From: Octopus sinensis
Taxonomy: Eukaryota
NCBI RefSeq assembly: GCF_006345805.1
Contig: NW_021833594.1
Location: forward strand, 1-57,563
DNA length: 57,563 nt
Reading direction: 5' to 3'
Under the pieces are notes generated by a model. That model worked only from the letters and a program-made list of their open reading frames with translations. It did not search any database and had not been told where the DNA came from. Positions 25,370 to 40,594 of the stretch are shown piece by piece (position 1 is the stretch's first letter; the number at the start of each line of letters is the position of its first letter). Position numbers and translations under genes: made by a program.

Positions 25370-25517
25370 TGCAGGAGTGGCTGTGTGGTAAGTAGCTTGC
25401 TTACCAACCACATGGTTCCGGTTCAGTCCCACTGCGTTGCATCTTGGGCAAGTGTCTTCTGCTATAGCCCCGGCCGACAATGCCTTGTGAGTGGATTTGG
25501 TAGACGGGAAGCCTGTC

Positions 25518-25571
<54 letters not shown>

Positions 25572-25840
25572 CAATATAGGGTAGCAAAAAATTCAGTAGA
25601 AATTTTGCTATATATATATATATAATGTATGTATGTATGTGTGTGTCTGTGTTTGTGCCCCTAGCATTGCTTGACAACCCATGCTGGTGTGTTTACGTCC
25701 CCGTCACTTAGCAGTTCGGCAAAAAGAGACTGATAGAATAAGTACTGGGCTTACAAGGAATAAGTCCCGGGGTCGATTTGCTCGACTAAAGGCAGTGCTC
25801 CAGCATGGCCGCAGTCAAATGACTGAAACAAGTAAAAGAG
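25370..25840 (+). mobile_element. SINE family A, full length
   Basis: Head to AAAAGAG tail. Confidence 0.85.
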
Positions 25841-27180
25841 TAATCAGTTATTTTCTCAAGAACACCATCAGCACGAAAGCCAAAAGTTTATTTAGCGTTG
25901 ACATACTTAACAAACAGGACTGTCATCATCATTATCATCATCATCACTGTCATCATCTTTATCTTTTTAATGCTCACTTTTCCATATTTGGCTCACCTGG
26001 AATTTTATGGGGCTATTTATTTCCGGTTGGATGCCCTTCCCGTCGACAACCCACATTTGCTTCCAGCCAAGGTAATATTTCCCCATAGCGAAAGATGTTC
26101 ACCACACAAGTCAAGAAGTGAACAACCTCGCTCGTATGACGGTGAGGCTCATTTACAGCCATCATATGATATCTCGACAAAGATACTCAGAAGCACTCGC
26201 ATACACACATGTATATGCATATATATATGTGTGCATATATATAAGTATGTGTATGTATATATAAGTGTATGTATTATATATAAGTACATACATATACATT
26301 TGTCTGTATATGTGTATGTATATATACATGTATGTATATGTGTGTGTGTGCAAGCGTGTGTGTATGTATACATGTGTGTTTTTGTATGTAGGTAGGTAGT
26401 GGTGTGGTGTAAAAAGCATTCCGTCCTGTTTGTAAACTGGTTGACAGTAAGAAGGACATCCAACTGTTAAAAAACATGCCAAAACAGACAGTAGAGATTA
26501 GTGCAGTCCTCTGGTTTACCAGCTCCTATCAAACTGTCCAACCTATACCAGAATATGGAAGACGGTCATTCAATGATGATATGCATATATGTATGTGTGT
26601 GTATATGTGTATTTTAAAAATACATACATATATAAATATATGTATAAATATACATATATTATATGAATTATTTTTTTTTTGTATGTTTAGGAACCATAGT
26701 GTTTTTTTTATATACGATTGAATGTTTGAGGGGTTTTGTTGGATATAAAGTCGTTGAACCAATCTTAATGTTTAATTAATGCTTCTTTATCTTTGTATCA
26801 TATTTGAGCACTTCTTTTGCAGTCCTATAAACCCGTTTGTTTCTATAAAAAGAGACAAATATTATTTCTTGTTGTGTGTGTGTATATGTATATATATATA
26901 TATATAAGGCTAAAGTAGTGAGGAAAGGCTTTTTCTCATTACTTTAGCCCGTACCTACTGGCTCAAAGGGAAGCTACCATTAGCCGTTTTTTGAACAAGA
27001 CAAGCATACAACCATAACTTCAACCACTGTTCTAACTGGAATTTTAATGGCTTAATTATTTAAGTACTGTGAACGCATACCTATTATTTGGAGTTATCCT
27101 GCGGAAAACTCATATATAGTGAAAGGCCTTTCCTCACTACACACACACACACACAACACAATACACCACACACATATATA

Positions 27181-27233
<53 letters not shown>

Positions 27234-27517
27234 AATATATCATATATAAAGGTAATCTGACCTCTCATACAGACACTGCTTCATAAAAGCATTCGTAGTT
27301 ATATATATATATATATATATAAATTCCTTCCATACGTATCCCACATGGGTTTTTTTTACATGTATTTTCATGTATATTTATATATATACTTATATTTTAT
27401 AAATATTTTTTTTTAAATATTCATATGTGTCGATATGTATTAATATACGTATACGCATTTTAAGTCGATTTTATAAATGCACGAGTATGATAGCCTAATT
27501 TGAGTTTATATCTTTAA

Positions 27518-27551
<34 letters not shown>

Positions 27552-27779
27552 CACACACACGCGCGCGACAGTCTCCTTTTAGTTTCTATTTACCATCAGC
27601 TCACAAGGTTTTAGACTTCCCAGAACCATTGTACAAGACACATACCCAAAACGCAATACGGTGGAACTGATTCCAAGACCTTAGGGCTCTTTGATTGGAA
27701 GCTGCTTCTTAGCCACAGAGACACATCTACACCAGAAATCTAATTAGTGAACAACGGTTAAAATTAGCATCAAAATATC

Positions 27780-28120
27780 TTTTTTATCATATTGGCAATG
27801 TTTCACAGCTGCACAATATAGACGGTGTTGTTTTAACCATAACAAGTCTAAACCCATGATAATTTACGACATTTTGAATGGAATCGTTGAACACTCGCCT
27901 CTCTGAATTTGAAACATCTTTGGTAACTACCATCTGAACCATTTCGGTTGAAGGTAATTTTTTTTTTTTTTTCGAAACAGAAATTGGACAAACCCACCTC
28001 ATTCTCGCCGAACAGTGATCAAAATTGTTCTTCAAGTCTTTCTCTTTTTTCAATAATTTTAATTATTGTTTCATCCTTCGGAATTGTCTTCCTTGACTTT
28101 CTTGAGCAGAATTTAGTTAT
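27780..28120 (-). mobile_element. Highly degraded mariner transposase relic
   Basis: Weak resemblance to the mariner catalytic region; many stops. Confidence 0.35.
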
Positions 28121-28314
28121 AAACATACAGATTCTATTACGGGCATAATTTTCAATATTTAAAATTTCCTGGCTGACAACATTACGTTGACACACACTTT
28201 ACCCTTTCTTCTTTCTGCAGCAGGAGTCCCTTGGTATTTTCTTAAATGTCAACAGTATTGTCATGTATTCTTTATCATTCATAGATGTAATAGTAAAGGT
28301 ATAAGAAACACGTT

Positions 28315-28349
<35 letters not shown>

Positions 28350-28619
28350 ATATAACGGGAAGCTTTATGAAAATAAACAAAAGACGAAGGCAGGTGGAAT
28401 ACAAACAAACAATTGTATATATATATATATATATATATAATATATGTATATATATAACATGTGAATAATCATTATAGTTATATATTCCTACACTGAATGT
28501 GTGTGTTTATTCATATATTCATGTACACACACACACACACATATCTTTTCTCCTTTATCTTTTACGTCTTTCAGTTATTAGACTGTGGCCATATATACAT
28601 ATATATGCATTTATACATT

Positions 28620-28810
28620 TTGGTATAATGCAGAATTCGGTAGACAAATAACTTTTAACATTTCAGGGAAATTTTTCGCCCGCCACTATAGATAAACATT
28701 TTCCTAAATCGAAAAAATACCATAAAATCTTTAATAGACACAATATCAGGTTAGCCTTCTCCACAAGCGATAACTTGGCACAAATTATAGCGGCGCATTA
28801 TACTGGGAGA
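28620..28810 (+). mobile_element. Penelope-like element ORF relic (region between RT and GIY-YIG endonuclease)
   Basis: WYNAEFGRQITFNISGKFF / IDKHFPKSKKYHKIFNRHNIRLAFSTSDNLAQIIAAH, matching the PLE pattern WFNPPFS..TNIG..FL.LIDKHFP....HKIFNR..VK.SYS...N (recall). Confidence 0.6.
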
Positions 28811-29384
28811 CTATCTGAATTCTGAATTCCAGAACGCTATAAAGTATATAGACAGCAATAAAGTAAGTAAAAATGATAGTAATAGCAGTCCTCTTAAAGG
28901 TAACAACCATGAAGATAGAGCCAGAAAGATTAATAGCCATCCTAGAAGGATCCTGAATACTACAATTAAATACAGTTTCTGAGGAACGAACAGCCAAACG
29001 GAGGGGAGACAACTGTCACAATTCCTACAGAATCTAAGAAATAGAGGAGAGGCTCAGGGGCGATGGTTGTGGTAAGCGTGCTATTAATGACAGAGAATGA
29101 CAAAGAGGCGGGAAGGCATGGAAAGTTGGTGGCTGGTGGAGACTGTAGGAGGGAGAAGGATAATGGGAAATGGTTCGCCGGGGTAGAAGGGAGGCAGGCA
29201 ACTGAGATAGAGAAGTGATGGATGTTAGGGATGGAGTGTTGGGGAAAAAGGTAGACTGATCATAGAGGGCAGATATAGAAGTGGACAACCATTAACGAGA
29301 CGTTTTTATACCAGTTCTGAGCTGGTGGACGGGTCTCCTAGAGGAGAGTAAGGTGCCAGATATACAAAATATATTATTTTATTT

Positions 29385-30022
29385 TTAGATTAGGTAGGCA
29401 TAATTCGCCCCTGCTTTTCAATCTCAGTATTTAAGCTACGCATAATACTGCTGTGGTACACATGCTGCGTACATTCCTACAACAACGTTTTCTTTATACG
29501 CAATAATGGTGTGTTTACGTCCCCATAACTTTGCGGTTCAGTAAAAGAAATCGATAGAACAAGTACCAGGCTTTGAAATATGTTGGAACTGGAAAATATT
29601 CATTGGACTAAAATTCTTCAAGCCAGTGTCCCAGCGTGGCCGTCGTCTAATCACTGAAACAAGTAAAACTGCGACGTGCTAGGCTGGAAACGAACAATAA
29701 TGTTTTGTCTGATGTTGATACGCACAACCATCACGTGATATCAAAAGGAGACACAGAAACACATACATACATACATACCAACCGACCAACCAACCAACCA
29801 GGCACATACTGTGAGTAATTACTCAGGGTAGGCAGTTGGTGACCTTTATGTAGCGAAACACAGACACATGATTGAGTTGGAGGCAGATTTATTTCTGCCT
29901 TTATAACACATAAAAGAAACGGTGTTGTAGGAATGTACGCAGCATGTGTACTACAACAGTACTAAGCGTAGCGTAAATACTGAGATGGAAAGGCTGGGCG
30001 TATTATGCCTCCCTAATCAACA
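29385..30022. mobile_element. MITE/fold-back element with ~115-bp imperfect TIRs, containing a SINE A 3' fragment (29510-29670)
   Basis: TAGGTAGGCATAATTCGCCC...TACACATGCTGCGTACATTCCTACAAC vs GTTGTAGGAATGTACGCAGCATGTGTA...GGGCGTATTATGCCTCCCTA. Confidence 0.7.
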
Positions 30023-30959
30023 AAAAAATTTTAAAATTTGCATTTTACGCATAGTAATCAGAGTAACCTTCATAATTTTATTGAATTGGGTACATACATA
30101 CAGCAATTGTCTGAGCGAGGCACGCTTGCTCTTTTCCCTATTTTTTTCTCTTCTCATCAATTTTTTCCGTAGAAGAAAACACGCTCTAAACATTAAAAAC
30201 TTTTTCCTGCTTTCTTGAGAACCTAATACACCCTGTTTTTTTTCTTTTTTTATTCCGCCAGTGTTTTCTTTTTTTTTTGTATTTTTTCATTTTTGCACAG
30301 CAGTTTGCAATGTTTTACCAAAAAGAAGAATTACAAATATCACTAAATGCGACCAGGGTGTAAGAAAACACCCACATTGCTAGAAATAAAACCTAAAACA
30401 CTCTAATTCTGTAGTTAACGCACATGAATGTGAACATTTACACTAACAGAGACTATAATCGTCCGTAAAGTGCCGATCAAGAATTCTTAATACTGGTGCG
30501 TCAATTTCAACAATTTCCGTTGCCTCATCAGTTAAGCCAGCTCAACTTCACCTCTTTCTGGACTCACTTCGCCATTAGCATTTACACATAAACACACACA
30601 TATATGGTGAAATATTGATTTCTCTGATCCTCAAACATTTCGAGGCGAATTGTCTCACCTAGTACAATTATACTAATGTGTCCATCTGTTCTAATTTAAT
30701 TAAATTCTATGTCTATGTGCAGCTGAGGATTGCTCTGAATTTTAAATAGATGCAATGATTGCATTGTTCAATTAAATGAAGTTGCATGAAGCGATCGTAC
30801 TGCATTACCTCTGGATATCCTTGTTGCTTATTTTGATTTGATATATATATGTATGTATCTATGTATGTATAACAGTATCAGAGTATCAACCAGACCTTCA
30901 GATGCTGTTATATACCGATAGTCACAATGCACTTCCGATTCTGTTTTTGTTGTATCATA

Positions 30960-31440
30960 CTTTTCTATCTTCATCCAAATTACTGGACTAGATTGTTTTC
31001 CCATCATGGTGGAGACTTTCCAAATGGCCTTTTCCAATCTCTGTCATACCACTCGACAACTGCACAAGTCCACCTATTGTTTGTGATCCTTGCAATATGT
31101 CTGGCTCAATGGAACTTGTGCATTCAGCACTCTGTGACCACATCGTCCACGCCACTCCATTCTTAAATTATCTCATTTCTAGTGTGACCTCTTAGTTATG
31201 TTCCTTGCATGGATCTTTTCATGGCTGTTTGTTCTATCCACTTTGTAGTGGCCCAAGTCTCACCTGCATTTAAAAGCACAGGTAATACGATACTATTGAA
31301 AAATCTGAAACATATGGCATTGTCTAGCCTAAGTTCATCCTTAATTGAGTTAAATGCCTTCCATTCAGCCCTTATTCTCTTTGAAATTTCAGCATCCATA
31401 CCTCAGCATATTTACTGTATGCCCTAAACAGAGGTACTCC
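30960..31440 (-). mobile_element. Old RTE-clade LINE fragment (RT C-terminal region)
   Basis: DAEISKRIRAEWKAFNSIK...FNSIVLPVLLNAGETW and ARHIARITNNRWT...W. Confidence 0.75.
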
Positions 31441-31696
31441 CTTACCTTAGAAAACCTCCAGTTAGTTTCTTTTTTTTTTTTTTACTATCCTCAGTAGATC
31501 TTCACTGAGCATATAAATCCATGTTCACGTTATCTGTTCAGAGATAATGAATTTTAAAATTCTGTTAGCTTGCTTTCCTCGTTTTCAACACGGCATGTAT
31601 GTATAGTGATGTGTATAGTGTGTGGTGATTGGTGCTTTAAAGTCTATTTCTCAGAATATTGGCATAGAAAGTTTTTCTTTTGCCCTTATTTATAAT

Positions 31697-31742
<46 letters not shown>

Positions 31743-32011
31743 AACAAACTTTCCTTTAAGTTTTAATTACTAATGAGCCACCTTTATTTATAATGTATTT
31801 TATATCTTATTTAATATATTTTATATCTTATTTTATATATATATCAAAGAAATATATAATTACTTCATGAATTTCATTAGCTTACAGCTGCATGTGCACA
31901 TACCACTTTATATTAGACTAATGCTTGGTTCTATAGCATTGTATATTGAGTTCTATACACCAGGTACAAAAGGCCTAAGCGAAATGTATGTGTGTATATA
32001 TATATATATAT

Positions 32012-33322
32012 AGTCAATCTAGCTAAAACCAAAGTCCTAATAAGTAGGAAGGTAGACAAATCACAAATGCCTTCAGGTAGATGGCCCTACTCGATCTGTA
32101 GAAAAGATGTAGGTAAAAACTCTATAAGATGCACCAAGTGTAAGCTATGGACACATAAGTGGTGCAGCAATGTCAAAGGAAGGCTAACTAGGAAGATTGT
32201 TTTCGTATGTGGCAGATGCTCAGGAGCAATAAACACTGAAAATGCTCTGAGACCAACTTCTGCTACATTCCAGGGAGAAAAACTAGAAATAGTTGATAGC
32301 TTCCGCTACCTAGGTGACCAAGTCAGTAGCGGGGGCGGGTGTGCTGAAAGTGTAACTGCTAGAGTAAGAATAGCTTGGGCAAAGTTCAGAGAGCTCTTAC
32401 CTATGCTGGTGACAAAAGGCCTCTCGCTCAGAGTAAAAGGCAGACTGTATGACGCGTGTGTACGAACAGCCATGCTACATGGCAGTGAAACATGGGCCGT
32501 GACTGCTGAGGATATGCATAAGCTCGCGAGGAATGAAGCCAGTATGCTCCGATGGATGTGCAATATCAGTGTTCATACTCGACAGAGTGTAAGTACCTTG
32601 AGAGAAAAGCTGGACCTAAGAAGCATCAGTTGTGGTGTGCAAGAGAGACGTTTGCGCTGGTATGGTCATGTGGCAAGAATGGATGAAGATAGCTGTGTGA
32701 AAAAGTGCCACACCCTAGTGGTTGAGGGAACCTGTGGAAGAGGCAGACCCAGGAAAACCTGGGACGAGGTGGTGAAGCACGACCTTTGAACTTTAGGTCT
32801 CACTGAGGAAATGACTAGAGACCGAGACCTTTGGAAGTATGTTGCGCATGAGAAGACCCGGCAGGACAAGTGAGACCATAACCCGTGGCCTCTACACGGG
32901 ATGTAGCCAGTCCACTTATGCATACCGTTCCTTCTTAGGACACAAAACTCTACTTGTGAAGACCTGTTGAGGCAAGTGAGAATCAAAATCGATCAACATC
33001 AATGGAAATTGCAGCTGTGATACTAGTGCCGGTGACACGTAAGAGAACCATCCGAACGTGGCTGTTGCCAGCGCCACCCCGACTGGCCTCGTGCCGGTGG
33101 CACGTAAAAAGCACCATCCAATCATGGCCGTTTGCCAGACTCGTCTGGCACGTAAAAAGCACCCACTACACTCAGAGTGGTTGGTGTTAGGAAGGGTATC
33201 CAGCTGTAGAAACATTGCCAGATCAGACTGGGCCTGGTGCATCCTTCTGGCTTCCCAGATCCCCGGTCGAACCGTCCAACCCATGCTAGCATGGAAAGCG
33301 GACGCTAAACGATGATGATGAT
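32012..33322 (+). mobile_element. 5'-truncated young RTE-clade LINE: open ORF2 3' end, repeat-containing 3' UTR, (GAT)n tail
   Basis: Open frame to 32789 with VNLAKTK, LEIVDSFRYLG, LYDACVRTAMLHGSETW, RRLRWYGHVARM, GRGRPRKTW; begins inside a (TA)n tract. Confidence 0.93.
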
Positions 33323-33332
33323 ATATATCTTT

Positions 33333-33363
<31 letters not shown>

Positions 33364-33759
33364 CATCGTCATCAATATATATATGTACACGTATATATAT
33401 ATATGTGTATATATATATATATACATCTACATAGATACATATACATATCCCCAGCAATTTTCAAGGCCCATCACACACATACACAGGATTATCATTGCTA
33501 CTTCTGCTCTCTGAATGAATTTAATCTCATAACAAAGCAAATAGAGCTGTTTTAACACATGCAGCACACACACACTGTTGCATACACACACACACACACT
33601 GTCATATACACATATATAAAAATACTCACACGTACATTTACACACACTTAGACTCACGTGTGTATATATAAATACAAGGTTTGATAAAAACAGAAAATGT
33701 ATCGCCACACATATGAATCCGATGCTTTCGGTCTCTTTCGAAGTGTTCCCCTTCTAAAG

Positions 33760-34100
33760 TCCCACAATTTATCCAACACATTGTTTCCATTGATGAGAGC
33801 ATTCTTGGAACTTCATTTTGAAGATAGCAAGCAACCGACTTGTCACATTCTCTTAGACTTCCTTGACATCTTGTTGAAGGTCTTCCCCTGCAAATACTGA
33901 GCCTTGTTTTGGAGTTTTGTCACCTGCTTAAAATAGTTTCATAAAGATTTTGTCTTCCTTGACACAACGAAAGAGATTCTGTATGGTTGAAACTGAATAT
34001 TCTTGTTTTTTAGAAGACCGTACTCTACACACTTTACTTCTATGCTTTGCTATAAACAAAGGAAGTGAGCAAAATGTGATAACTTAGTGTATATGGGCAT
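33760..34100 (-). mobile_element. Possible Tc1-type transposase relic
   Basis: SVSTIQNLFR HTH-like motif only; heavily decayed. Confidence 0.3.
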
Positions 34101-34289
34101 CAGAGTTCAAAATCAATCTATCCAAAGTGGCTTCATTCTGGATATTTCACCAGAGCAAAAGTCCCAATAAGGCTGACTTAAGCATGTCAAGGAAATACAA
34201 GAGAACCTGCAGAAAAACAACCATATTTTCTTTAATAATGAGTAAAAAAATTGAAATCATGTTTTTGTTAAGTGTTTATTAGAGAATAT

Positions 34290-34466
34290 ACGTGTGTGAG
34301 TGTATACATAGGTATCATTTATGTGTGTATATATATATATATATGTGTGTATATATATATATACATACATATATATATGCTTTTATATTCATATGTGTTA
34401 TATATATATAGATGCATATATATATATATATATGAGTATGTGTGAGTGCACATATATATAAATATG

Positions 34467-34509
<43 letters not shown>

Positions 34510-35016
34510 TATATATATGATTGTATGTGTGTGTATATAAATGTTTATATATTATATAATAAATTGTATACTTAATATATGTGTGAGCGTATGTAAGTAT
34601 ATATATATGTATGTATGTATATATATACTGAATCTCATTAAATTGTAAATATGTCTGTATACCTGTGTAGTATGTATATGTATATATATTTATATACATA
34701 CATATATACATCTATATATATATGTGTAAACACATACATTCATAGATATGTGTGGTTATATATGTACGTGTGTGTATATATATATTACACACAAGTATGT
34801 TTTTTCTATACATACATATATGTATCTATACATAAAGTATATATATCCATAAACAGACATATATATATATATATATACACACACAGAGGTATATATAAAT
34901 GCATATACATATGCATCTATGATAATACCCATACATGTATACATATACTTATATAAACATACAAACGTATATGTAGACATATACACATTTGTGTGTGTGT
35001 GTGCATATATATATAT

Positions 35017-35055
<39 letters not shown>

Positions 35056-35685
35056 CATATATATATATATACGTACATATATACACACATATATATATAC
35101 GTACATATATACACACATATATATATATACGTACATATATACACACATATATATATATATACACACACACATAAAATTCAAATACAAGTAAATTACCTTC
35201 AATCATACATACATATATATATACTTACAAACATACATTCATACATATATAGATATATATAAATTTAAGTATATATAAATGATGTCAGTGTGCGTATAAA
35301 AGTTCATATATACATACAATATTGCACATACATATAGTGTATATACATATACACACACACACACACACACATATAATAGAGTATATACACACACACATAC
35401 AAACATGATACTTGAATTGCAGAGCCTTCAAGAAAGAACTCAAAGAAAATAAAAACCAAAACAACGTTACATAATGTACAGAAATAAGACTAAAAGTTAT
35501 CTTTTCTTCTTCTTCTCCTTCTTCTTGGTAGCTGTCTTGTTGTTTTTGTTGTTGTTGTTGTTGTTAATAATAATACAATTCATATAGTTGTTGTTGTAGT
35601 TCTCAATGCTGAAGCAGTTTATTCAGCTTTTGCTTTTTTTTTAGTTTAGTTTACTATATATATATATATATAAATATATATATAC

Positions 35686-35719
<34 letters not shown>

Positions 35720-35846
35720 GTGTGTGTATATGTACATATGTGTATATGTTGCTTTCAGTTCTTTCAGCAAACTTTTTCCTTCACACTTCATAATTCCTTT
35801 CAGGGTTATTTAACAAATATTTTATACAAGAATACATACATGCATG

Positions 35847-35893
<47 letters not shown>

Positions 35894-36077
35894 ATATACA
35901 TATGTTTGTGTGTGTGTATATATTTGTATGTAATTACAAACATATATGAGAATATATGTACATATATATATATAATAGATATATTAATCTATATATGTAT
36001 ACATAACAATATATATGTATATACATATCATATATAAACATATATATCTCTCTACACATATATCTACATATGTATGC

Positions 36078-36111
<34 letters not shown>

Positions 36112-38894
36112 GCCTATATATACACACACATGTATGTATATATATATAGATTTTTATCTGTATATGTAAGTACAAATACATGTATGTATATTTATATGCA
36201 ATGTATTTATAAATATATCTCTATATACATATATATATCATTTATATATATATATATATATACATATCATATATAAACATATATATTTCTCTACACATAT
36301 ATCTACATATGTATGCATATATGCGTATGTGTGTGTATATATATATTTCTATACTCAGCCATAAACAACAGAGCAGATCCTACTGCTCCACATTCAACAT
36401 TAAATCCAGAAAACAATTCTGATTCCCCCTCAGCAAAATATGCCTATATATATATACACACATACACACACACACATGTATGTATACATATATAGATGTA
36501 TATCTGTATATGTAAATACAAATACTTGTATGTATATTTATATGCAATGTATATATATATTATATATATATATATATACATACACACACACACACATTTA
36601 CACTTATGTATTTAAATACACATACATAGACACACACACAAGCACATATGCGTACATGCAACCCTATAGACGTATGACATATATGTATGTATAAGTTCAG
36701 TCTTCTGTGTATGGTGATATTCTCAATGTGATAAGAATTACAATTAGTATTATTATGAACATTTTTAATATTATTAATATCATTATTATTATTATTATTA
36801 TTATTACTATTAATATTATTATCATCATCGTCATCATCATCATCATCCTCAACATCCTCATTACCATCATGATCATTGTCAGTCGTCAACATGATGGTCA
36901 TTATAAACTTTTGATGTTTTACATTATTATTTATTGTTAAAAGCCCCAGGGTGGGGCAGGATGCAGGATGAAACAGTGAAAGGGAGGGGAGAACAAGGTC
37001 AGGGAGCTGTCGTGTCCCTATAGAATTCTATAGTTGCATAGGGTATCTGTAATAGGCCCCGTACTCATGTTTGCATGTACGTGTATATATAAATGTTTAT
37101 GTATGTATGTATATATATATATATATATGTAAATATAGACTAATGCATCTATATCTTTGTGTGTATAAATATATTTATATATAGGTTTGGTGACACAAAC
37201 AGGAAATCAGAACTCAAAACATGAGCATATGTTTTCTGATTATATATATGTGTATATATATATGTATATATATATATATATGTATATTTATATGTATGTA
37301 TATATATAAATATATATTTGTATGTCATATATAGATTCATATGTGTATATATATATATATATTTATGTCATATATTGATTTATATATATATATATAATGT
37401 ATACATACATATACATACATATATATATACATACATACAAACACATGTATGTATGTGTGTGTATATATATAATGTATATACATACATATAAACATATATA
37501 TATATACATACATACATACATACACAAACACATGTATATATATATATATAATGTGTATATATATATTTATATACACACACACACATATATTTATATAAAG
37601 TATATTATGAGAAACCTTAAGCATTGACAACCAGTATAACACACACAACAGTATGGAAACACCATTGAATGTGTTGACTGAATGCCAAGAATAATTCTGG
37701 TATGTTAATTAACATAATTGCACATTTACTTCCGTGCACCTGAATTTGATGTCAAGACAGGAGGACATGTGTACAAAATTTAATAAGTCAGCTCATCTTC
37801 CAAGATGAACAGGATGAAGTTATGAAGGATTTAATTAGTAAGCTCTTTTCACAAGAGAGAATAAATGTGTGGGCAAATCAGATATGATTGTATGTTTTTG
37901 TAATGTTAAATGCTGAAATTTGGGCCATATGTGGCCCAAATATTCCATCCACTTTATTTTGTTTAAACTGTCCAGATCTGGTCTCTCTCATCTAGCCTGT
38001 AGTATCATTCTAAAAATAATCACGTCTATGAAATTTGAAACCTAGAAAGTAATATAAGATGAATTTTAAAAATTGTGAATAGATAGGTATTACATTTAAC
38101 AAAGTAATCCGAAAGCTAATGGATTAATGAATAGGTGACTGTTAAACCTTGAATAAAGACAGAGAGAGAGAGAGAGAGAGCGACCTAAGAGAGAAATGAC
38201 ACTGATCAGTAATAAATCAGTGGTTTATAAGAATTATGATTGACATGTTGTAGAATTAGTTGTGGGAAGACAAAGGTATCGCAGGAAGGTTAGAATTGAG
38301 TGGAAGATAAAGGAGGAGAGAGAGAGAGAACGGGCAAGAATGAGATGGGAAGGAGAAAGAAGAAAATGAGAGATAGATAGACAGAAACAGATATATATAT
38401 ATGTATATATATGAGAGAGAAAATATGAATACAGAAGTGAAAATGGTTACCGAGAAGCTGACATAAATTTAGACACATTTCTATTGCTTCTTTTTGCTAT
38501 TTTATATCCATTATTAACTTTCTCTCAGTTTTTGCTTGTTTTAGGCAGAAACGATAAATATTAACAGAATTTTGTAGAGTTTCTGTTCTTCTGCTCTGAC
38601 ACCAAACTCAGGTATTCTGAAGCGAGTTATTCTGGTAATGTCTTGAAATAGTTTATAACACTTATCCATACATAAATTTTCTACCATTTCATCGTACTGC
38701 TACACTGCGAAATTCTATCCATATGTGTCTGTATATGTATGTATGCATATATATATATATATATATATATTGTACCCATAAACGCATATACACACATACA
38801 TTTATATACTATATACACATATATAAATGTACATATATAGAAACACATATATATAAGCGTTTGTGTGTGTATATACAATATACATATCTGTATA

Positions 38895-38934
<40 letters not shown>

Positions 38935-39807
38935 TGAAAGTATACATACACAGACATGCATAAACATATACATATATCTATGCATATGTATATACATATA
39001 TATATATGTATATATGTACATATATCTATGTGTGTGTATGTATATATATGTATATATATATATATATATACACACATACATACAAGTGTATGCGTGCGCA
39101 TGCATAAATTCTGCCTTGTTTCCTCTAATCTGTCATGTAGTGATCATTATCTTGTTTTTTCTTTCAGGATTTTTCCTCATCTTTTTCATGATGGAATTTC
39201 ATGCTTCTTTTTCTTTTCTTTTTTTCATTTCTCTTGTTCGTTAATTTTCACATATCGCAGCTACTATTATTATTAATATTGGTATTATTATTATGCTAAT
39301 TGATATTATGCTAATTAATGTTATCATAAGAGTTATATGCATGCATATGTGTGTGTAGAGAGATAGATAGATAGATAAATAAAGAGGTACAGATAGATAT
39401 AAATTTGTGATCGAGTGCATATATATCTATATATATACATGTACGACCCTTAAACGATTAAAGGTCCTTGACACAATTATACATGTTTGTGTATGTATAT
39501 ATATATATACATACATACATACATATATATGCATATACATATGCACACATATACATATGCACACATGTATGTATACATAATGTATACCTGTTTATATATG
39601 TATTTATATATGCATTTATATATGCATATACATATGCACACATGTATATATACATGACGTATACCTATTTATATATGTATTTATATATGCATTTATATGT
39701 ATTTATATTTATATTTCTATAGATAACACCATTTAATACCATGTTTCATGCTAGTGTGGGTTATATGTATATATGTTGTGTAGATATGTGTGCATATTTA
39801 TATATAT

Positions 39808-39847
<40 letters not shown>

Positions 39848-39910
39848 GCATACATAGACATACAAAGACGTAAGCATGTTTGCATGCTTAAATGTATATA
39901 TATATAGATG
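34290..39910. repeat. ~5.6-kb block dominated by degenerate (TA)/(CA)/(TATG) microsatellite, with short unique islands
   Basis: Directly visible; source of the YIYI/HTHT ORFs. Confidence 0.9.
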
Positions 39911-40594
39911 TGCACACACATCATATACATATATTTTTGTAATTTATTTATGTATCAATAACTATATTATAGTTTGTCAATGTCTTCTGTCCTGATCATA
40001 CTCCAAACTGACCTTGTTCTAATTATGAATTCCACTTAAATTTTATTAATTGTGTAAATGTCAGTAACGAAGAAAAAGTCTTCGAATAGTTTCAACAATG
40101 ACAAAAAAAAAGTATATATTTTTTTTTGTTTGCTGATTTTGTTATGTGGTAATTTTTTGTTACCTTTTTGGGTTTTTTTTTTTTTTTGCCTTCGTTAATT
40201 TGTCCGTTGTTTTATTTTATTAAATACTGTCTCCTCACTTAATTCTGTTATTTGTTATTAATTTTCTGCAATTTTTCGTAGCCAAAATCATGTAGAAATT
40301 CAAAAAAAAAAAAAAGGGTCTGTTTAAAAAAATTAAAAAAAGTATTAATAATTAATTAAAACAATGGAAGTTATTGTTTTTGCTTGTATTATATCTAGCA
40401 TCATCATCAACACTCTTCACCAATCCTTCACAGATTTCTACTTATAAATTTCTTTTTTTATTTATATATTATTCTTTTTTGCTTTTTCCTGTTCTGTTTT
40501 CCTCATCTTTTTTGAAATTCTTTTTTCCTCTCTCTGTCTCTGCGTATTTCTTGTTTTTCTTTTTTTATTCCAGACTTTTCTTCTTTTGTCTTCT

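Noticed and set aside
30505-30531. Minus-strand CTGATGA-GGCAACG-GAAA
   Set aside because: Stem II and stem I cannot form; treated as chance.
34290-39910. Many [12 protein letters not shown] ORFs here and elsewhere in the ORF track
   Set aside because: Translations of dinucleotide microsatellites, which lack stop codons.
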